Source of the DNA: Thraustochytrium aureum
Lineage: Eukaryota
NCBI GenBank assembly: GCA_012862495.1
Contig: BLSG01000329.1
Coordinates: forward strand, 133,802-166,788
DNA: 32,987 nucleotides
Direction: 5' to 3'
Position numbers and translations under genes: made by a program. The notes beneath the pieces are model-generated. The model did no database searches and was not told the origin of the DNA. It saw nothing but the letters and a program-made list of their open reading frames with translations. Positions 31,893-32,987 of this stretch are shown in pieces. Numbering within the stretch: position 1 is the stretch's first letter; every line of letters starts with the position of its first letter.

Positions 31893-32487
31893 ATCGCCCA
31901 CGGCGCGCTCGACACGGCGTCAGAATGCAGGAGGGAGCCAGGCAGCCGAACCTCCGGCCTCAGTACACGCCACACCGTTGGCTGTGACGACACGCGGCCG
32001 CGACCCATACTTGAAGGAGGTACGAGCACAGCGAGCGAGTGCGGCGCCATGTGCGGCGCGCGATCGCACCCGCTCGCACCCGCTCGCGAGCTGCCCGCGC
32101 GGCGCGCGATCGCACCCCGCGCCAATCTGCGCGATGGCATCTCGGAAAAGTAAAACGATAATGATTTCATCCATTGCTTTCAAATGCGCTTCGTCGCCAT
32201 TCTCATACCTCTTTCCCTCTATCCTTGTGCAGACTGCTGCCGCGACCGCCAGCACGCACGGTGCTGGCACGCGCGCAAGCGAGCAAAACGCCAACCACCT
32301 TTTCCCCGTCATCGTCCGAACGCTTTGCCGATGCCTCTCAACCACGCGGTCGAAAAGAACAACACAATCAGCGTGACTGACGCATCGCACCACCAGTCTA
32401 CCCGCAGCGCACGCGCCCGCACAGACGCGCACCAACGGGTGAACGTGGCGCGCTCCGGCACCAACTTTGGCGCACGCACCAAGGGCA

Positions 32488-32987
32488 TTACCAGCCGTTC
32501 GACGCGGGCGCCGCGCCCCAGGCATCAGTGGAGCCAACTCCGTTCACGACCGCAGGGGCCATTGCCTGCACGTTGGTGCCCCAGCTGTTCTCGAGCGCCG
32601 GGACGTCCCAGCCGTCATACTGCTCGCCGGCGGCCGGAGCCCCCATTCCGTTCTGCGCGGCCACCCTGGCGAGCTCCTCCTGCTGGAGCTTGGCCTTCTC
32701 GAGGTTCTCCTTGTGGCGAGCCAGTACGTCGTCGATCTCGGCCTTGGCCTTGGCCACGCCCTCCTTGGGCCCGGTCACAAAGCACTGGGTGCCGTTCTTG
32801 ACGGTCACGGAGACGCCGTACTCCTTCTCCAGGCGCGCGATGTTCGAGCCGGCCGAGCCGATAATCTTGCCGGTCGCGCCCTCGAGGTCGACCGAGTGCT
32901 GGACTTGGCCGGCGGGAACGGGGGGCGGGCCGAGCTCGGCGTCGATGCACTTTTGCACCAGCCCACGCGCCTTCGCGACCTGCTGTT
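32488..32987 (-). CDS. 3' end of a KH-domain RNA-binding protein (possibly vigilin-like multi-KH); 5' part lies outside the window
   Basis: KH motif GKIIGSAGSNIARLEKEYGVSVTV..CFVTGPKEGVAKAKAEIDDVL, preceded by the tail of another probable KH helix (QVAKARGLVQKCID). Stop TAA at 32490-32488. Confidence 0.82.
   Translation of the reverse strand, partial: QQVAKARGLVQKCIDAELGPPPVPAGQVQHSVDLEGATGKIIGSAGSNIARLEKEYGVSVTVKNGTQCFVTGPKEGVAKAKAEIDDVLARHKENLEKAKLQQEELARVAAQNGMGAPAAGEQYDGWDVPALENSWGTNVQAMAPAVVNGVGSTDAWGAAPASNGW

Overview
GC-rich, gene-dense eukaryotic DNA from a draft assembly with ten N-gaps. It has short GT-AG introns with CTAAC/CTGAC branch points and many CAGG/GAGC/CAG microsatellites; the style suggests a stramenopile such as a thraustochytrid, which is inference only. 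I can support 11 protein-coding genes: a 3R-MYB factor (+), a PKA regulatory subunit (+), a PH-PDZ-DH-PH RhoGEF (+), a bZIP factor (-), sarcosine dehydrogenase (-), a dimethylglycine dehydrogenase-like enzyme (-), a Rieske non-heme iron oxygenase with a mitochondrial-type presequence (+), a SEC14/CRAL-TRIO protein with a CaaX end (-), a WD40/zinc-finger TFIIIC90-like protein (-), an SLC25 amino-acid/carnitine-class mitochondrial carrier (+) and the 3' end of a KH-domain protein (-). The main observation is three adjacent genes at 14.3-24.4 kb (Rieske oxygenase, DMGDH-like, SARDH). Together they could encode a complete stepwise N-demethylation route, glycine betaine -> dimethylglycine -> sarcosine -> glycine. 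This would be a eukaryotic metabolic gene cluster using a bacterial-style (GbcA/BmoA-like) oxygenase instead of BHMT, with a bZIP gene next to it and a possibly related carrier about 6 kb away. The Rieske substrate is inferred from context, not shown. Five apparent frameshifts are all single-base losses at short homopolymers and are most likely sequencing errors.
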